From: Eledone cirrhosa
Taxonomy: Eukaryota
Reading direction: 5' to 3'
NCBI GenBank assembly: GCA_964016885.1
Contig: OZ024742.1
Span: forward strand, 38,688,001-38,752,000
DNA length: 64,000 nt
Positions 28,263 to 43,946 of the stretch are shown piece after piece. Each line of letters starts with the position of its first letter. Position 1 is the stretch's first letter. A program made the translations under genes and the position numbers. The notes below the pieces were generated by a model. The model ran no database searches, had not been told where the DNA came from, and worked only from the letters and a program-made list of their open reading frames with translations.

Positions 28263-30165
28263 GGATAATATAAGATAATAATTGTTTCTACTTTAGGCAC
28301 AAGGCCAGCAATTTGAAGGGGAGGGGAAAGTTGATCAAATTGCCCGCAGTATGTTACTGGTACTTTATTTTATCAACTCCCATAAGGAGGAAAGGCAAAG
28401 CTAACCTTGGTGGGATTTGAACTCAGAACGTAAAGGACCATAACTCTATGCCACAAAGCATGGTACTCGACAATACAAACTGGTTGAAAGAAATGTGACG
28501 GCTAAATAACAACTACCACCTCTACTCACATACACATAGACTCACATTACATAGTGTAACACCTCTTTTCTTAATGTTCGAACGCCAAACCATAAAGTTT
28601 CAAGTGTACATTTGTTTTTTCTCTGAGCCAAGCCAAGCGATGTATCTCACATGGGCAAAATTCATTAAAAATGATAATTAGTTGGCAAGAAATCAAATTG
28701 GTTTTCTTTCCTCTCAGTTCGGAAACTGTAATAGAAAAGACATTCTGAAAGGTTTGTACTTTTAGATAGCGATGTGGGTGGCAGCAGATTTCTGCCAGAT
28801 TTTTTTTTTGTGTTTTCAGTTGAATGTAATGGAAATAACCGAAGCGGAAATTATTATAATTATATATGATATGTCTAAATGAAATATGTTGAAAATTTAA
28901 ATCTCTTTGTAATCCAGAATTAATAGATCTTGGGTGGGCGAGGGAAAAACTTCTTTACGAGGCTGAAATTTTATAGCAATAGTTAGGAAGGAAGAAAAGA
29001 TAGAAAAAAGCTTGAACTGAAATCTCCTAGTTTAAAGTTAAGTTGGTTGGCCGACTGATTGGTTGGTTACGAGTAGTAATTACTCATCTACCTCAGAAAG
29101 AGCGGAGCAGACGAAAATGATAAATAGAAAAAAACATATTTCTGATTTCTTTTCCACCTGAGGCAGTGGGTATCGCTGACTATCCACCCGGTAATGTTTT
29201 CACTACAATGTCCGCAGGGCTCAGCTGAGATATACCACCCAGCCAAATGTATAGAGGTTAGCCCCATCTCACCCGTTTTTTCTTTATTTATACCCCGCCT
29301 TTTTTCTCTTAATGTTTGTGAATATGAATTTTAAATGAATAACATTTTTTTCTGTATCTGGTTTATAGTAATGGTGTCTGACACGAGTGGTAGAATATAA
29401 GTGAAGTGATTGATAATCCCAGCTGGTATTTATTTTTTAATTAGATAGTTGTTGATTGTCCATTTTGCTTGAAAGAATTATTTCCAAAGGTACTGTGAAA
29501 AAATGAAGTTTACAACTCACATCTATGTATGGTTTAGTTGGCCTCCTACGTGGTAGTAGTTCACAGGAGTTTTTTTTGTGTTTTAATGATAGGGGCTTCA
29601 GTCATATCATGTTGTTACAGCTCACGCCTATATAGGTTCAGTTGGCTTCTCACGAAATTGTATCTTATAGAATGTTCCTTGGGTATTTCAATGAGGTTGC
29701 ATTATATGAAAGGGTTCTCGGGTGTCTCAGTCCTATCATGATGTTACAGCTCATACCTATGTAAGCTGACCTCCTACGAGGAAGTTTTAACGATAAGGAC
29801 TCCAGTTCTATCATGTTGTTACAGCACTCATCAAAGTAGGTTTAGCTGGCCTCATACACAACATGTCGCCTTGACCAAGAATTGAACCCACGACTTTATG
29901 ATCTAAAACCCTAATCACCAGGCCCCACACCTTCACAATAACTGTTCCTACAGTGGACGAAGTTGGAATTAACTATTTCTGTTATTCTTTTACTGGTTTC
30001 AGTCATGGACTGCAGCTATGGTGGGCGCTGCCTTGATTTAGTTGATCACAGTAACTCCAGTACTTATTTTATCGATCTCTTTTTGTCGATCTGCTAAGTT
30101 ACAGAAGATATGGAGACGCAAACGTAAACACAGACACACGAAACTCCCCCACATACATACATGCA

Positions 30166-30233
<68 letters not shown>

Positions 30234-30239
30234 CATATA

Positions 30240-30410
30240 TAGTTATACTTTGGGAGGGTCATACTGCCAATAAAAACACACGCACATGTTGGTTTTCACT
30301 TCAATTTATTTCAAATTTCCAGTAGGTTAGTTTAATAACCAGATAGTTTATTGTCAAAGCTTTTTTGTCACACATTCTGTGACCTCCTCAGTGACTAATT
30401 TGTTATTTTG
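30240..30410 (-). mobile_element. PLE terminal remnant with mutated hammerhead
   Basis: Minus strand gtca-CTGAGGA-ggtcaca..tgtgac-AAAA...tgac; same family as 35750. Confidence 0.7.
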
Positions 30411-30864
30411 TGTCTCTCCTTCGCTCTGTCCTACACCGTCCCGTTTTTGTGTTATGTGAAAAAAACTTGATAATCAGCAAATTAAGAAAAGCCGTCCTAA
30501 TAATAACCGAAAAATTCTCGTCATCTTTAGAGAGAGGCGAAGCAAAGTTGCCTATGCTTTTGTGTTCCGCTAGAACTACTAAATAATTTGTAGTATCTGA
30601 CAAAGACAGGCTATTAGGATGGTTTGGCGGGAGAATGCTAAAAATAGAAGCACCTCGCTCGAGCAGCCAAAGCTACTCAACCGATCAAGTCATAGTATCG
30701 GGAGTAAATATTAATAGGGAATGTTAAAAGTATAGAAGCCTGCCTAATTATTCCGACCTTATTGTATACAGAACTGCTCGATGGTAACATGAGTGAAAGA
30801 AAACTTGTTTCAGAGCAAACTCAAAATGATAGGTTTTTAGAGCAACAACAACAACAACAACAAC

Positions 30865-30961
<97 letters not shown>

Positions 30962-31557
30962 GTATATATATATTCTCTGTTTCTCTCTCTTTCTCTCTTA
31001 CTGCTCCCTCGTTCTCTCTGTTTCTCTTACTTTCTTTCGTCTCCTCTGTCAGTTAACACTTTCTCTCGACTGACCTCTTCCTCGCACTTCCACTCACTCA
31101 CTCTCTGTTTCTATCCTTCTTACTTCCTCCAGTTCGCTAGGAGTCAGATTTTCCTTCTTTCTCACATCTCACTCACAGCGAAAGGTCTGTTTCCTACACG
31201 CTCTTGAATTCACCCAGTTTATACTGATCGAATAACCATGTTGCTTGTTTTTTCTTCTCATCTTTGGTTAGCCTTCCCTTCGTGTTGTTTACTTCTCTCA
31301 CTCGCTTTACGTTTCACTTGTCCCAATAACTTATTTTAGTTATTGCTCGCACCAACGTGATGTATATGATTTTTAATGCGATGAAATACCAATGATCGTT
31401 GGCAAATCACTGATGAGGGACTAATTTTATAATATGTAATCCATGTGCAACCATGCAGTATTCTTCTCCCCATATTTTTCATATATATATATATATGAAT
31501 ACACACACATATATATATATGTATATATATATATATATGTGTGTGTGTCTGTGTGTA

Positions 31558-31633
<76 letters not shown>

Positions 31634-31990
31634 GGTGTATACTGTATATATAATTCAAATGTAAAAGATATATATATATAGAGAGGGAGAAAGGACTATG
31701 TATCGTAGAGAATACACAATATATTGTATATATACAAAGCTCATATTTCAAAGAGGACTGTAGAGTTCCCTATAGCGCTATTTCGTATTCAGTAGACCGT
31801 AATTTAAAATCAATCTATGTAATCGATTATCGATCACAAAATATCGATTATGATTAAATTACGGGACACTTCGAACACTATAGTCTCCGCATTCTATGAA
31901 AAATATAGACGGAAAAATAGTATATAAAATAATATATCTGTCTGTATCCAGAGAGAAATCGAACGAAACTCACACCAAACTGAAAATCGC

Positions 31991-32042
31991 ATAGTGTGAC
32001 TACGTTTAACCATATATATATATATATGGTTAAACGTAGTCA

Positions 32043-32048
<6 letters not shown>
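31991..32048. repeat. Hairpin around a (TA)n core
   Basis: atagtgtgactacgtttaacc-(at)n-ggttaaacgtagtcacactat. Confidence 0.9.
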
Positions 32049-32097
<49 letters not shown>

Positions 32098-32102
<5 letters not shown>

Positions 32103-32604
32103 AGAAGCAAAAAATTGCTTATTGTGATCCAGTTTTTGGTTAAGAAAACCAGTTTCATGGATGGTTTCAACGTACGGTTAGGGGTAACTCCACAACTTTG
32201 TAAGAATTCCGTTCAATCTTGGAGTATAAAGTATAAAAGAGAAAACACAGGTAAGCATTAAGAGAAGGATTTAATCCAGGTATTTACGACCGTTTCATTG
32301 GTAAGTGCAACCTTATATTGCTATACTGCAAATAGCAGCCACTCAATTATAATTATTGTTCACAGTCCAAATAGCAGCCACTCAATTATAATTGTTGTTC
32401 ACAGTCCAAATAGCAGCCACTCAATTATAATTGTTGTTCACAGTCCAAATTTTCAAAATAGGAAAATTTGGACTGTGAACAACAATTATAATTGAGTGAC
32501 TGCTATTTGCAGTATAGCAATATAAGGTTGCACTTACCAATGAAACGGTCGCAAATACCTGGATTAAATCCTTCTCTTAATGCTTACCTGTGTTTTCTCT
32601 TTTA

Positions 32605-32608
<4 letters not shown>
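32098..32608. mobile_element. Fold-back element with an internal 39-bp tandem triplication
   Basis: Arms about 32230-32455/32463-32608; aaatagcagccactcaattataattgttgttcacagtcc x3 in the left arm only. Confidence 0.8.
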
Positions 32609-32666
<58 letters not shown>

Positions 32667-32671
<5 letters not shown>

Positions 32672-33535
32672 ATACATTAACAGAGAAAGCTTTAAGCAAT
32701 ACTCCGACCGACTTCCGTCTCACTCAACAAACATTAGGATATACCTTAGTATAATCCCAATTATACGTTTGGGGTGCTAACTATACGTATTTTGCGGATA
32801 GCCAGTTGTATTATTTTATATGAGACATAATTAAATACATCTCTCTTTCCAAACGATCGTTTCATTATAAGTTTTCTACAAATTGGGAAAATAATGTCCA
32901 GGTTATGTAGAAGCCTACACATAGTCCATAGGAATATATGTAGGTGGGCACTTATAAATCATCAGTGGATGCCCGACAATATCGATATAAAAAAACCTTA
33001 CCGATATTAATATTCAGCGATGGTACCCGTCCGTGCTAGAGTGCCCGCCAAATTTGAAGTTCCAGCAGTCTCACAATGAGAAATCTCACACCGTCACCAA
33101 GCGGGAAGGGGAGGTCATCGCAAAACATAAAAGAATAAAGTAATATGCACGCAGGTCAAATAATTCTTTCAATAATTTTAACCATGCGTGAAGAACTCAA
33201 TTGGATATAAAAAAAATAAATATATGCATGTATTATTTATACACGCATATAGATATTTTCTTAGGCTAAAAACAGAGACAAGATACTGGAAAAACAGTCA
33301 ATATGTCATACAAAGAATAAATACAGAAAGTCATACCTAAAAAGTATCTGGAAATATTCATCTCTGACCAAATCAAGAGTATAATATTTAATACATTAAC
33401 AGAGAAAGCTTTAAGCAATACTCCGACCGGCTTCCGTCTCACTCAACAACCATTAGGATATACCTTAGTATAATCCCAATTATACGTTTGGGGTGCTAAC
33501 TATACGTATTTTGCGGATAGCCAGTTGTATTATTT
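32667..33535. mobile_element. Non-coding element with about 148-bp direct terminal repeats in (TA)n
   Basis: Direct repeats 32667-32815 and 33387-33535. Confidence 0.8.
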
Positions 33536-33545
33536 ATATATATAT

Positions 33546-34032
33546 ATATATTAATAAAAGATCGGAGGCCATATTCAGTTGATTCAGGTTTATTTATTTC
33601 ACTGAGGAGTATGAGTTAAGATAGCCTGAGCTCTTCAAACGGCAAAACCTAAAATAAACATTTAAAATTGGAAAAATCCAATAATTTCTCCGAAATTTCA
33701 ACGCATTCGCCCCCATATCATGAAAAGAAAATCTTTTTCGGGGAAATTATTGGATTTTCCAAATTTAAAGGTTTATTAGGAACTTTCATTGTTTATTTTA
33801 GGTTTTGCCGTCTGAAGAGCTCAGACTATCTTAACTGATAGTCCCCAGTGAAATATGTATAACGGAGTTTTAAATAAATCTGAATCAACGGAATATGGCC
33901 TCCGATCTTTTATTAATATATAATCCTCCGTCTTGTACCATTTATACAGGTCGTTGAGCGCTTCTTTTTGTCTGCTTCACAAACGACTGACCATAATGTG
34001 ATCAGCACATCCCTGTTCTGTTAACCTCATAC

Positions 34033-34037
<5 letters not shown>
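33546..34037 (+). mobile_element. Fold-back PLE derivative
   Basis: Arms tattaataaaagatcggaggccatattc.../...gaatatggcctccgatcttttattaata; tail 33922-34037. Confidence 0.8.
33808..33865 (+). ncRNA. Type I hammerhead ribozyme
   Basis: CCGU-CUGAAGA-GCU..GACUAUC/GAUAGUC..AGU-GAA-AUAUGUAU-A-ACGG. Confidence 0.8.
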
Positions 34038-34098
<61 letters not shown>

Positions 34099-34550
34099 CT
34101 GTGTGTGTGTGTGTTGTTCCAAAGTTTTGAAACAATTAATATTGTTTCTCGATTCCAGAAACCAAGTTTGGGGGATTATGTGTGAACTGACTTAATTAGG
34201 TCGGTAGAGTTTGTATCCCCCCAAATTGAGATTTTGACATAAGTTTAATATGTTTAATATTAAATACGGCTTGATGTTTAAATCAGCAGCTAGACTAAAG
34301 TCCCATTTAAGGCAAAACCACAAAAATTGAAGACTGTTGAACCCTCATACGTCGATATACGACGGGAGAGTTCATTATATATATATATTATATATAATTG
34401 TTTCTACTTTTGGCAAACGGCCAGTAATTACCCCAGTGCATTACTGGTGCTTTATCTTATCGACCCCGTAAGGATGAAAGGCAAAGTTAACCTCTGCGGG
34501 ATTTGAAATCAGAACGTGTCTGGCGCTCCACCGATACTGTCAATCCACCG

Positions 34551-34662
<112 letters not shown>

Positions 34663-34699
34663 CGTATCGAGAGAGAGAAAAAGGGAAGGATAGATGATA

Positions 34700-35730
34700 C
34701 ATGTAGTTATTTGCGTACCACTCCGCGCACAGTGGGTTATAATGGTGCTAACGACAGGTGCGGGAGCGTAGATAGCAATAATGATAGCCTTACTGTGGGA
34801 ATTAGAAGGAACCGCGACAGAAATTTCAACTGCCGCGACAGGGGACGCTGCCCCCTTAGAGGATACTGCTTGACTGATAGGGTTATATATAGGTGCACTG
34901 TAACTAGCCACAATAGCGTTAAACATTATATAGGGGCTACCTCTGACCCGTTCAAAATTAGATTTCTAACACATCTCCACTGTTTCACAAATAAGAAATT
35001 AAGACACTCCACTTCGCTCGCGGACTACATCACATCATTAAAAGACTTAAACATCAGCTTCTCAACGCACTGGGATATTGTCGGCAGGGCTGCACCGTAC
35101 AACTTCAAGAGGAAGTGCGATCTTTGCCTCATCGAGCTCTACCACATCATAACTGCACCGCACGTGCTCATCAACAGCAGAGCTGAAACGATGATAGGCT
35201 GTACACACCGCTTAAAAATATCCTTTTTCAGATGGGATACGGATGAGGAGTGAAACCGTGTACCGGGTCTCCCTGCAACAAGCTTTAACACCCACGCGGG
35301 CAGGCGCTGCAAAAAAAACATCCAGGAAACTAACCATGCTACCCAGACCCAGCTTCAAATGACCCAGGCGGGTAGGTGCAGAAAAACAAACGTCTCAAAA
35401 TAAGCTTTGATTACCTGCCCCTGTGCGTATCGACAATGGTAAGGTTGTAACCACATCTCGTAACGGATAAAAAAATTTATCCGGGAAAGACTGCCCTAAC
35501 ACCGGCCAGAGTTACCTCCCTTGACCTACTGCAAAATCAAAACACGCTTTTTTTTTGCGAAGAATGAACTATGACGTGAACTTACCCCCAAAAACACTTT
35601 CCGCGCCATGTAAGGAACACTTTTGCTTATTTATGCCCTTGAGAAACCCAACCGGGCGAAATGTACATAGGTGCTGTTTTAAATAAACATGTATTAACTG
35701 TCTGTTCTCCGATTTTTTACTTTTCCACGT
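34700..35730 (+). mobile_element. Penelope-like element 3' part with GIY-YIG endonuclease ORF (34711-35253)
   Basis: NCRDRGRCPLRGYC..RVIYRCTV..HYIGAT..FKIRF..H..STSL..W.IV..CDLCLIE...INSRAE...C.H. Confidence 0.88.
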
Positions 35731-35749
35731 GTATATATATATATATATA

Positions 35750-36230
35750 TATTGTTATACTTTGGGAGGGTCATGTTGCCAATAAGAAACACACGCACCA
35801 GTTGCTTTCACTTCAATTTATTATAATAAATTTATAAATTTAGGAATTTATAAATTTCTGGTTGGTTGGTTGGTTCCACAAAAACAAGATGGTTACACAA
35901 AAACAAGATGGTTACACAAAAACAAGATGGCGTAGGACAGAACAAGGGAGAGGCACAAAAACAAAGAAAATAATCCCCAGTCACTGAAGAGGTCACAGAA
36001 TGTGTGACGAAAGAACTTTGACAATATATAAACAATCATCTGGTTGTGGAACCAACCAACCAACCAGAAATTTATAAATTCCTAAATTTATAAATTTATT
36101 ATAATAAATTGAAGTGAAAGCAACTGGTGCGTGTGTTTCTTATTGGCAACATGACCCTCCCAAAGTATAACAATATCGGTTTCAACACACGTTTTCAGAT
36201 AAAGAATCTTGCTAAACAAATTCAGAAACG

Positions 36231-36232
<2 letters not shown>
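35750..36232 (+). mobile_element. Fold-back PLE derivative
   Basis: Arms 35750-35880/36043-36175; tail 36176-36232; TA-flanked. Confidence 0.85.
35980..36022 (+). ncRNA. Type I hammerhead ribozyme
   Basis: GUCA-CUGAAGA-G-GUCACA/UGUGAC-GAA-AGAACU-U-UGAC. Confidence 0.75.
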
Positions 36233-36277
<45 letters not shown>

Positions 36278-36371
36278 AAAAGGGAGTAAGGTTCTATACA
36301 AAACAGAGGTTATAGAGAGTAAGTGTAACTGGAAATAGCACGGAAAATATATTTTGCATGCTATTTCTAAT

Positions 36372-37536
<1,165 letters not shown>

Positions 37537-38099
37537 TATGTATATGAAACAATAAGACATAGGAGTGTGTGTGTATGCTGTATAATAATTAAGACTACTA
37601 AGCTCATATATTCCATAAATCTGAAAGGTTTCCCATTTCAAATTTGCGATCTGACATATACACATACATTTTGTTTTATTTTCTGGTTGCTTTCCTTTGT
37701 CCTTATTTCTTAAGTGAAAACTCCTTGTTCCATTCAATGTCTTTCATTTAATTAAAGTCCTTTCTACACAATAAGCTATCTTAATCGATGGGTATCCAAT
37801 AAACTGTCATCGTATATTCTCCTTCAATACAAACACTCAACTCAATAATCATTAAGATTCAACGTGTGTAAATATATTTACTGTCTTTGAAGAAATATTT
37901 TGGCTTGAGGCCAAAGGTGAAGTAGTTCACTTGGCACTTAACACGCATCATGTGATGACCAGTTCAAGTCAGTTTGACTCCGGCCCTTCTAATCTGCCGG
38001 CTAGTCATTTCTAGGGAATGAAATTTGCCATCGTTCGTAGCGTTATTTCTGCCAGTGGCGAAAGTTTGAAAAGAACCAGCTGTTATACTGAATGATTCT

Positions 38100-38145
<46 letters not shown>

Positions 38146-39049
38146 CTGGTGTCAATGATAGGTATTTTTAATGGTTTTGTTTGAATGGTGTGGACATTGA
38201 AAGGTGTAGCAGAATGGTTAAATAATTCGTGTTCGATTACACTGTGTGGCAAATTGGGTAAAGAGAAACTGTATGGAAGCCTGTCGGTTCAACTGTACCT
38301 GTAATTCAAAGGGCCTGCACTGACACACTGAATATCCAGGAGAATTACATTACGAGTACGCATGTCTGTAGAATGCTCGGCCCCTTACCAGAGCAGCTGA
38401 AAACCTTTTTCTCAGTAGTACCAAAAACTTTGTTTAAAAAGTACCAAAATATGCAAAAAAGTACCAAATCCAATTATCTCCTTCCATACACCTCCCGCGT
38501 TCTAATACTCCATCCTTCACCATCGTTCTATCACTCCACCCTTTACCAGCTAAGTGCCCCACCCTAGACATACATCTCCAATGCCACCCCAACCCCTAGT
38601 TCACACTGTAAAGTAGTCATTTTGGTGTTACGATAAAAAGCGCCCAGTCCACACTGTAAAGTGGTGGTGTTGTGGTCAAGACAAAAATCCCCCAGCCCAC
38701 ACAGTAGAGTAGTCGTCTTTGTGTCACGATAAAAGCGCCTAGTCTATACTGTAAATGCGGTTGGCATTAGGAAGGGCATCCAGCTGTAGAAACCAAATCA
38801 GAAACAGTTCTGTATGAGCAATACACGGTCATCTGATCTGAGTTATCACACAACGTAACAACTCGTCAAACCCATGCTAGAGTGGAGAAATGGACGTTAA
38901 ACAGTGATGACGATGATGATGATGAAGCCCCAAAAATGTTAAAAAAGAAAATGTTTTGCATTAACTTTATATATTTTAATTAAAAAGAAATGTCTTCTTC
39001 TTTTACACTTTTCTTGCAGTTTAAGACAAAGTTGCTGTTGTGGATGCCG

Positions 39050-39205
39050 CTAAGTGCAGTCAACATTTTGCAGCAGAGACTTTGATATTAGCAAGGCATT
39101 TAAAGTTGATGTTTTTAAAGCATTGCGATTTTTTGTTTTTATGTTATCAAGAAGGGACACAACTTTTTCTGCAGTTGCTGAAGAATGTAGCAATGAAAGA
39201 CGGAA
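39050..39205 (-). pseudogene. hAT-like transposase C-terminal dimerisation-domain remnant
   Basis: LSLLHSSATAEKVVSLLDNIKTKNRNALKTSTLNALL resembles the SxAxxERxFS...KTKxRNxL motif. Confidence 0.65.
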
Positions 39206-40357
39206 GAAAGAGAATAGAAACGGTGGAGATGAATCGAAAGACATATGAGAGATGCATGATTCGATTTACTGCAGACGCATCTGTTCACTTTTTTCCGTCT
39301 CCTTATTTATTCAACTATTATTTATAGTTGTCGACTATTATTAGAGTTATCTGCATTGTGGTGACTATATTTTTAAAGGTATAACAGATGCTTTTCAAGA
39401 AATGCTTTCAGTATTATAGTATTTAATTTTGATGTATACAGTGGTGTATAAAAGGCGGCGAATTGACAGAGTCTCAAGGGCGTTGGATTAGAAATGTCTC
39501 AACTTTGCCTTTCGTCCTTTCGAGGTCGATAAATTAAGTACCAGTCCAATGTTGGGGAACAATTTTCCTCTTTCTTTCTCTGGAAGAAATCGGCCGTGTT
39601 CCAACATAGGAGAGTGATAGGCCCCGCCAGTTTGAAAATGCTCACGATATGTTGTGTATCAGGATTGCGTCCCCATAAATCCACCAGGAATTAAAACCCA
39701 CCTCTTTCTCGTTCTCACATGGTTACCGAAGTAGCTGTCACGTGACCACAGCTTAAAATACTCACAGTGAGACCTACGTGTGTTTATTATGGTATGGTAT
39801 GATCCTATAATTCCTGATAGAGTCGTAGGGGCGCCGTATTTACATACGGCTTTCTAGGGCATTTTAAGCCTGGCGGAGCCCATCCCTCCCCAGGCCTGAG
39901 TACAGCAACAAGAATCGACCCCAGTACTAGACTGGTACTTTTTTATCGACCCCGAAAGGATGAAAGACAAAGTTGATCTTGGCGTGACTTGAACTCAGAA
40001 AGCAGAGAGTCGGAAGGAATACCATAAAGCATTCTATCCGACGTTCTAACCACTCTGCCAATTCGCTGTTTATTATACAAAAGCATGTTGTATATGCTTC
40101 CATATACGCATGAATTCTCTCTTAGATGGTGTCTGACATTTGATGACTGGCTGTTTTCAAGAAGCTGCTATGTTCAACAATGATTATACAAAGATTAGTT
40201 AGTCAAGACGTTGGTGCCAGGAAACAGCAACAAAACACCCAGCAACCCAGCAGACGACAGTTTATAGAAATATGTACTGTTTGGTTGTTTGTGTAGGTAT
40301 GTAGGTGCATATATGTGTGTACGTGCATATACATATAAGTGCGTTTGTATGTGCTCG

Positions 40358-40397
<40 letters not shown>

Positions 40398-40438
40398 TCA
40401 TTAAATCTTTAACATATATACACACACGCGCGCGCGCG

Positions 40439-40541
<103 letters not shown>

Positions 40542-41407
40542 ACACACACATATATATAATGTATGTATGTATGAATCTATGTACAAGTGGGTATGTATGC
40601 ATTTATGTATGCTTGGATGTGTGTATATATGTATTCATGTGTATAGGCATACACAAAGATATGTTTCATTGTCAACTCCATTTTACATATACAATCATAT
40701 AGAAACGTGATGAAACAGTTGGTGGAACTTAATCCTAAACAAGGATGAAATGGTAAACGAAATCCAGCGACGACAAAAGAACAAACTTAATCTTTTCTCT
40801 TTGTTTTGTTTTTATAATTCTTTTCTAAAGAAATGTCTAAATTCCACCCGACTTCTCACCATCTAACATAATCTCATCTGATTTTAAAAAAATGTTCTTA
40901 TTCCTCAAATGCAGATGACATAACATTTTTCACCCTTTACATTTGTACAAAAACGACAGCAATAACAACAAGAGGGACAAAAACAATAAAACTAACAACA
41001 AGAGTAGCAACAAGATGAGTAACAACAAGATGTGTAATAGTAATAAGAACAACAGTAACAATAACAACAGTAAAAACAACAGTTCGAGTAACAACTATAA
41101 CAACAGCAACAACAACAAATGACAGTATTAATAGCTTGTCAATGGTTTCTACCTCAAAGTGATGCCAGGCGGAAGGATTAAATTTCGGTGAAAAAATACA
41201 GTCCCCCAAATAAAGGAACATGTTAAATAAAATACATAAATAAACAACGCTAATAAATAAAACTAATAAACAAATAGTAACAATCATGTAAAGTTTCCTT
41301 CGTCAAGCAGGACCATATGCGTCGGGACACAATTCCGACGATATGCCACATAGTAGGACTGAACTCGAGACCCTGTGATTGCAAACCGTACTCCCTAACC
41401 CCACACA

Positions 41408-41820
<413 letters not shown>

Positions 41821-41823
<3 letters not shown>

Positions 41824-43880
41824 TGGTTACACGACAGTTAGTACACCATACGGAGAACAATTGTTTCACCTTAGCGGATCCTCAGCACGTAATGGGCATG
41901 GTTATACGGAACAGGAAGGACAACCGTACGAACGCGCATGCGCAGAAACCCGTCACTTCACACAGCGAATACTAAAATGCGTGCGAGAGGTGTAAGGGAG
42001 ATAACTGCGAAAGTCCGAAAAGTTTTTAGTTGATAAGAAAAAATATTGATGTTGTTACAATAATTCATTCAATCCGGAGCTTTGTAGTTATGCAATAGGT
42101 GTTTCGAGACGTATAGACAACGTGTGAAAAATTCATTTCTCGTGTTTAGGCAATCACTATTGCATAATCTCTTTAGAATATTTATTCGTTCTTCAATACA
42201 CAGTCTACACGACGGATTACCCCTTGCGTACGACTTGGACTTAGTGATGGCTTTCCATTGAATGGAGTAGTCTATACTTGAGTCCTTGAGGGACCATACG
42301 TGGCTCGCGAGTTTCGTGGATAAACGTCTGTCCGCGTACCTAAAGGTCGACTGATGGTTCAGGAAACGTTCCTTAAAACGCTCCGCCATGCCCACATAGG
42401 ATTTGATCTCCTGTGGTTGGTTTGGTCGGTTGGAAGTGACCACAGCTTCGTAAATTACAGCTGGTGTGTTGCATTGCTGTTGAAGGGGGAAAGCTTCGGG
42501 CTTACGACAAGAGCACCCTGGTGGGGTGTTGCTCCTATGGTTGCTGGTGATGTGGGCCTGCCTTCATGTTTTTAGCACAGGAGTATCCTAGTTTTACTTT
42601 GTGTCGGTTAAAGATGGAGCGGTATTTATGACCTATGGGAAAATGTCTATCTAAGAGGGCTAGAAATTTTTTACCTACATTGGTTTTAACGTTGAGTGAG
42701 AAGGGAGGAGAGAACCAGATAGTTTGTCTATTGTTGCGCTTTCTTTTCTTAATGGTGTTGTTGCTAGTGGGAGAGTAAGTGATAGGTTGTGAGAAGCCGC
42801 TGTTAGCTAACGCCCTGTTATAGTAGGGTGCCGCCCTGTCAAAGATAGCCTTATTAGAGGAGAGGTTTGAGATTCTAGTACTGATATTATTTACGAAGTT
42901 TCTAAAAACAGTGGGAGGGTGGCATGAGTCCTTGTGAATGTAATTGAGTTTTTCGTTTAGCTTATGGAAGGGTATGTGGGTGTGTGTGCGAAGGTCTAAA
43001 TTAATGTCTAAAAAATCTACACTAGAGAGGTTGGTAGCTACTGTTATCCTAAGTCCTAACTCATTGAAGGTAGAAGCTAAGTCTTTTTTAAACCGGTCGA
43101 GGTCGTGACGACTTTTATGGCTCGATAAAGTCAGTCCATCGTCACGGTATATTCCCGTGTGGAAGTCCGGGAATCTAACACGTAATATGTCTAAAATAAA
43201 TAGGCCAACCAAGTCACATACGTCAGCACTGTCAAACGATCCCATGGAGACGTCGAATAGGTCTGAAGTTGTAGACTTCTTTGCCCAGGCTACTCCGTCA
43301 TTGAAGAGGAGGTTTTTCCGGCAGTGAGCGATGATTTCCCTGTATAAACCATCGACGGTGGTGTAAGTGGTAGCGAAGTCCAACGCTTTGTTTAACAGGG
43401 TCTCTGAGATCGACGGGTAAAAATCAAACTGTGTGAACTTCGCTTTTTTGGATTTTAAGGAGTTAAACCACTTAATTACGGAGTCGCTGTTCTCCCACTG
43501 GGGAAGGTTGGACTTGGTCCTAATGGTTTTAACTATGTTTCTAAGTATGGCCTTACTGACTAGTCCCATATCTGTGCGTGCCGGGTTTATTAGTCTACAT
43601 GGGGGTTAGAAGTAAAGTCTACCTTGTGATCTTTCAGGTGAGGAACGCCTCCCGCTTAGCTAGAGATTGTAGCTTCTTATCTACCTTAAGGGCGGCAGCA
43701 AGTTCTTTGGCTTCTGTATTAATGTTGTGGTAGGCCATAGGGTTAGCTTTCTTATATTCGGAAGTAATAGCGTTATGGGCCAGGTGGCGGAAGGTGGTGT
43801 TGTCGACTTCGTAAATATTATTAGTTTTGTAGGAAAGAACGAAGGTGTTATTAGAAGACCTAAAATTCCCAGTGTTCTAC

Positions 43881-43883
<3 letters not shown>
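41821..43883 (-). mobile_element. Penelope-like retroelement (RT plus GIY-YIG), 5' truncated and frameshifted
   Basis: RLINPA, FD..FYPSI, MGSFDSADVCDL, YRDDGL, FLDINLDL, W(F)SPPFS, then YVGMAERFKERF.NH and CRLCIEE; the CxC..CP linker suggests a Naiad-type clade. Confidence 0.92.
41849..41891 (-). ncRNA. Hammerhead ribozyme in PLE 3' terminal repeat
   Basis: uacgug-CUGAGGA-uCC(gcuaa)GGu-GAA-ACAAUUGU-U-cuccgua; stem I imperfect. Confidence 0.65.
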
Positions 43884-43946
<63 letters not shown>

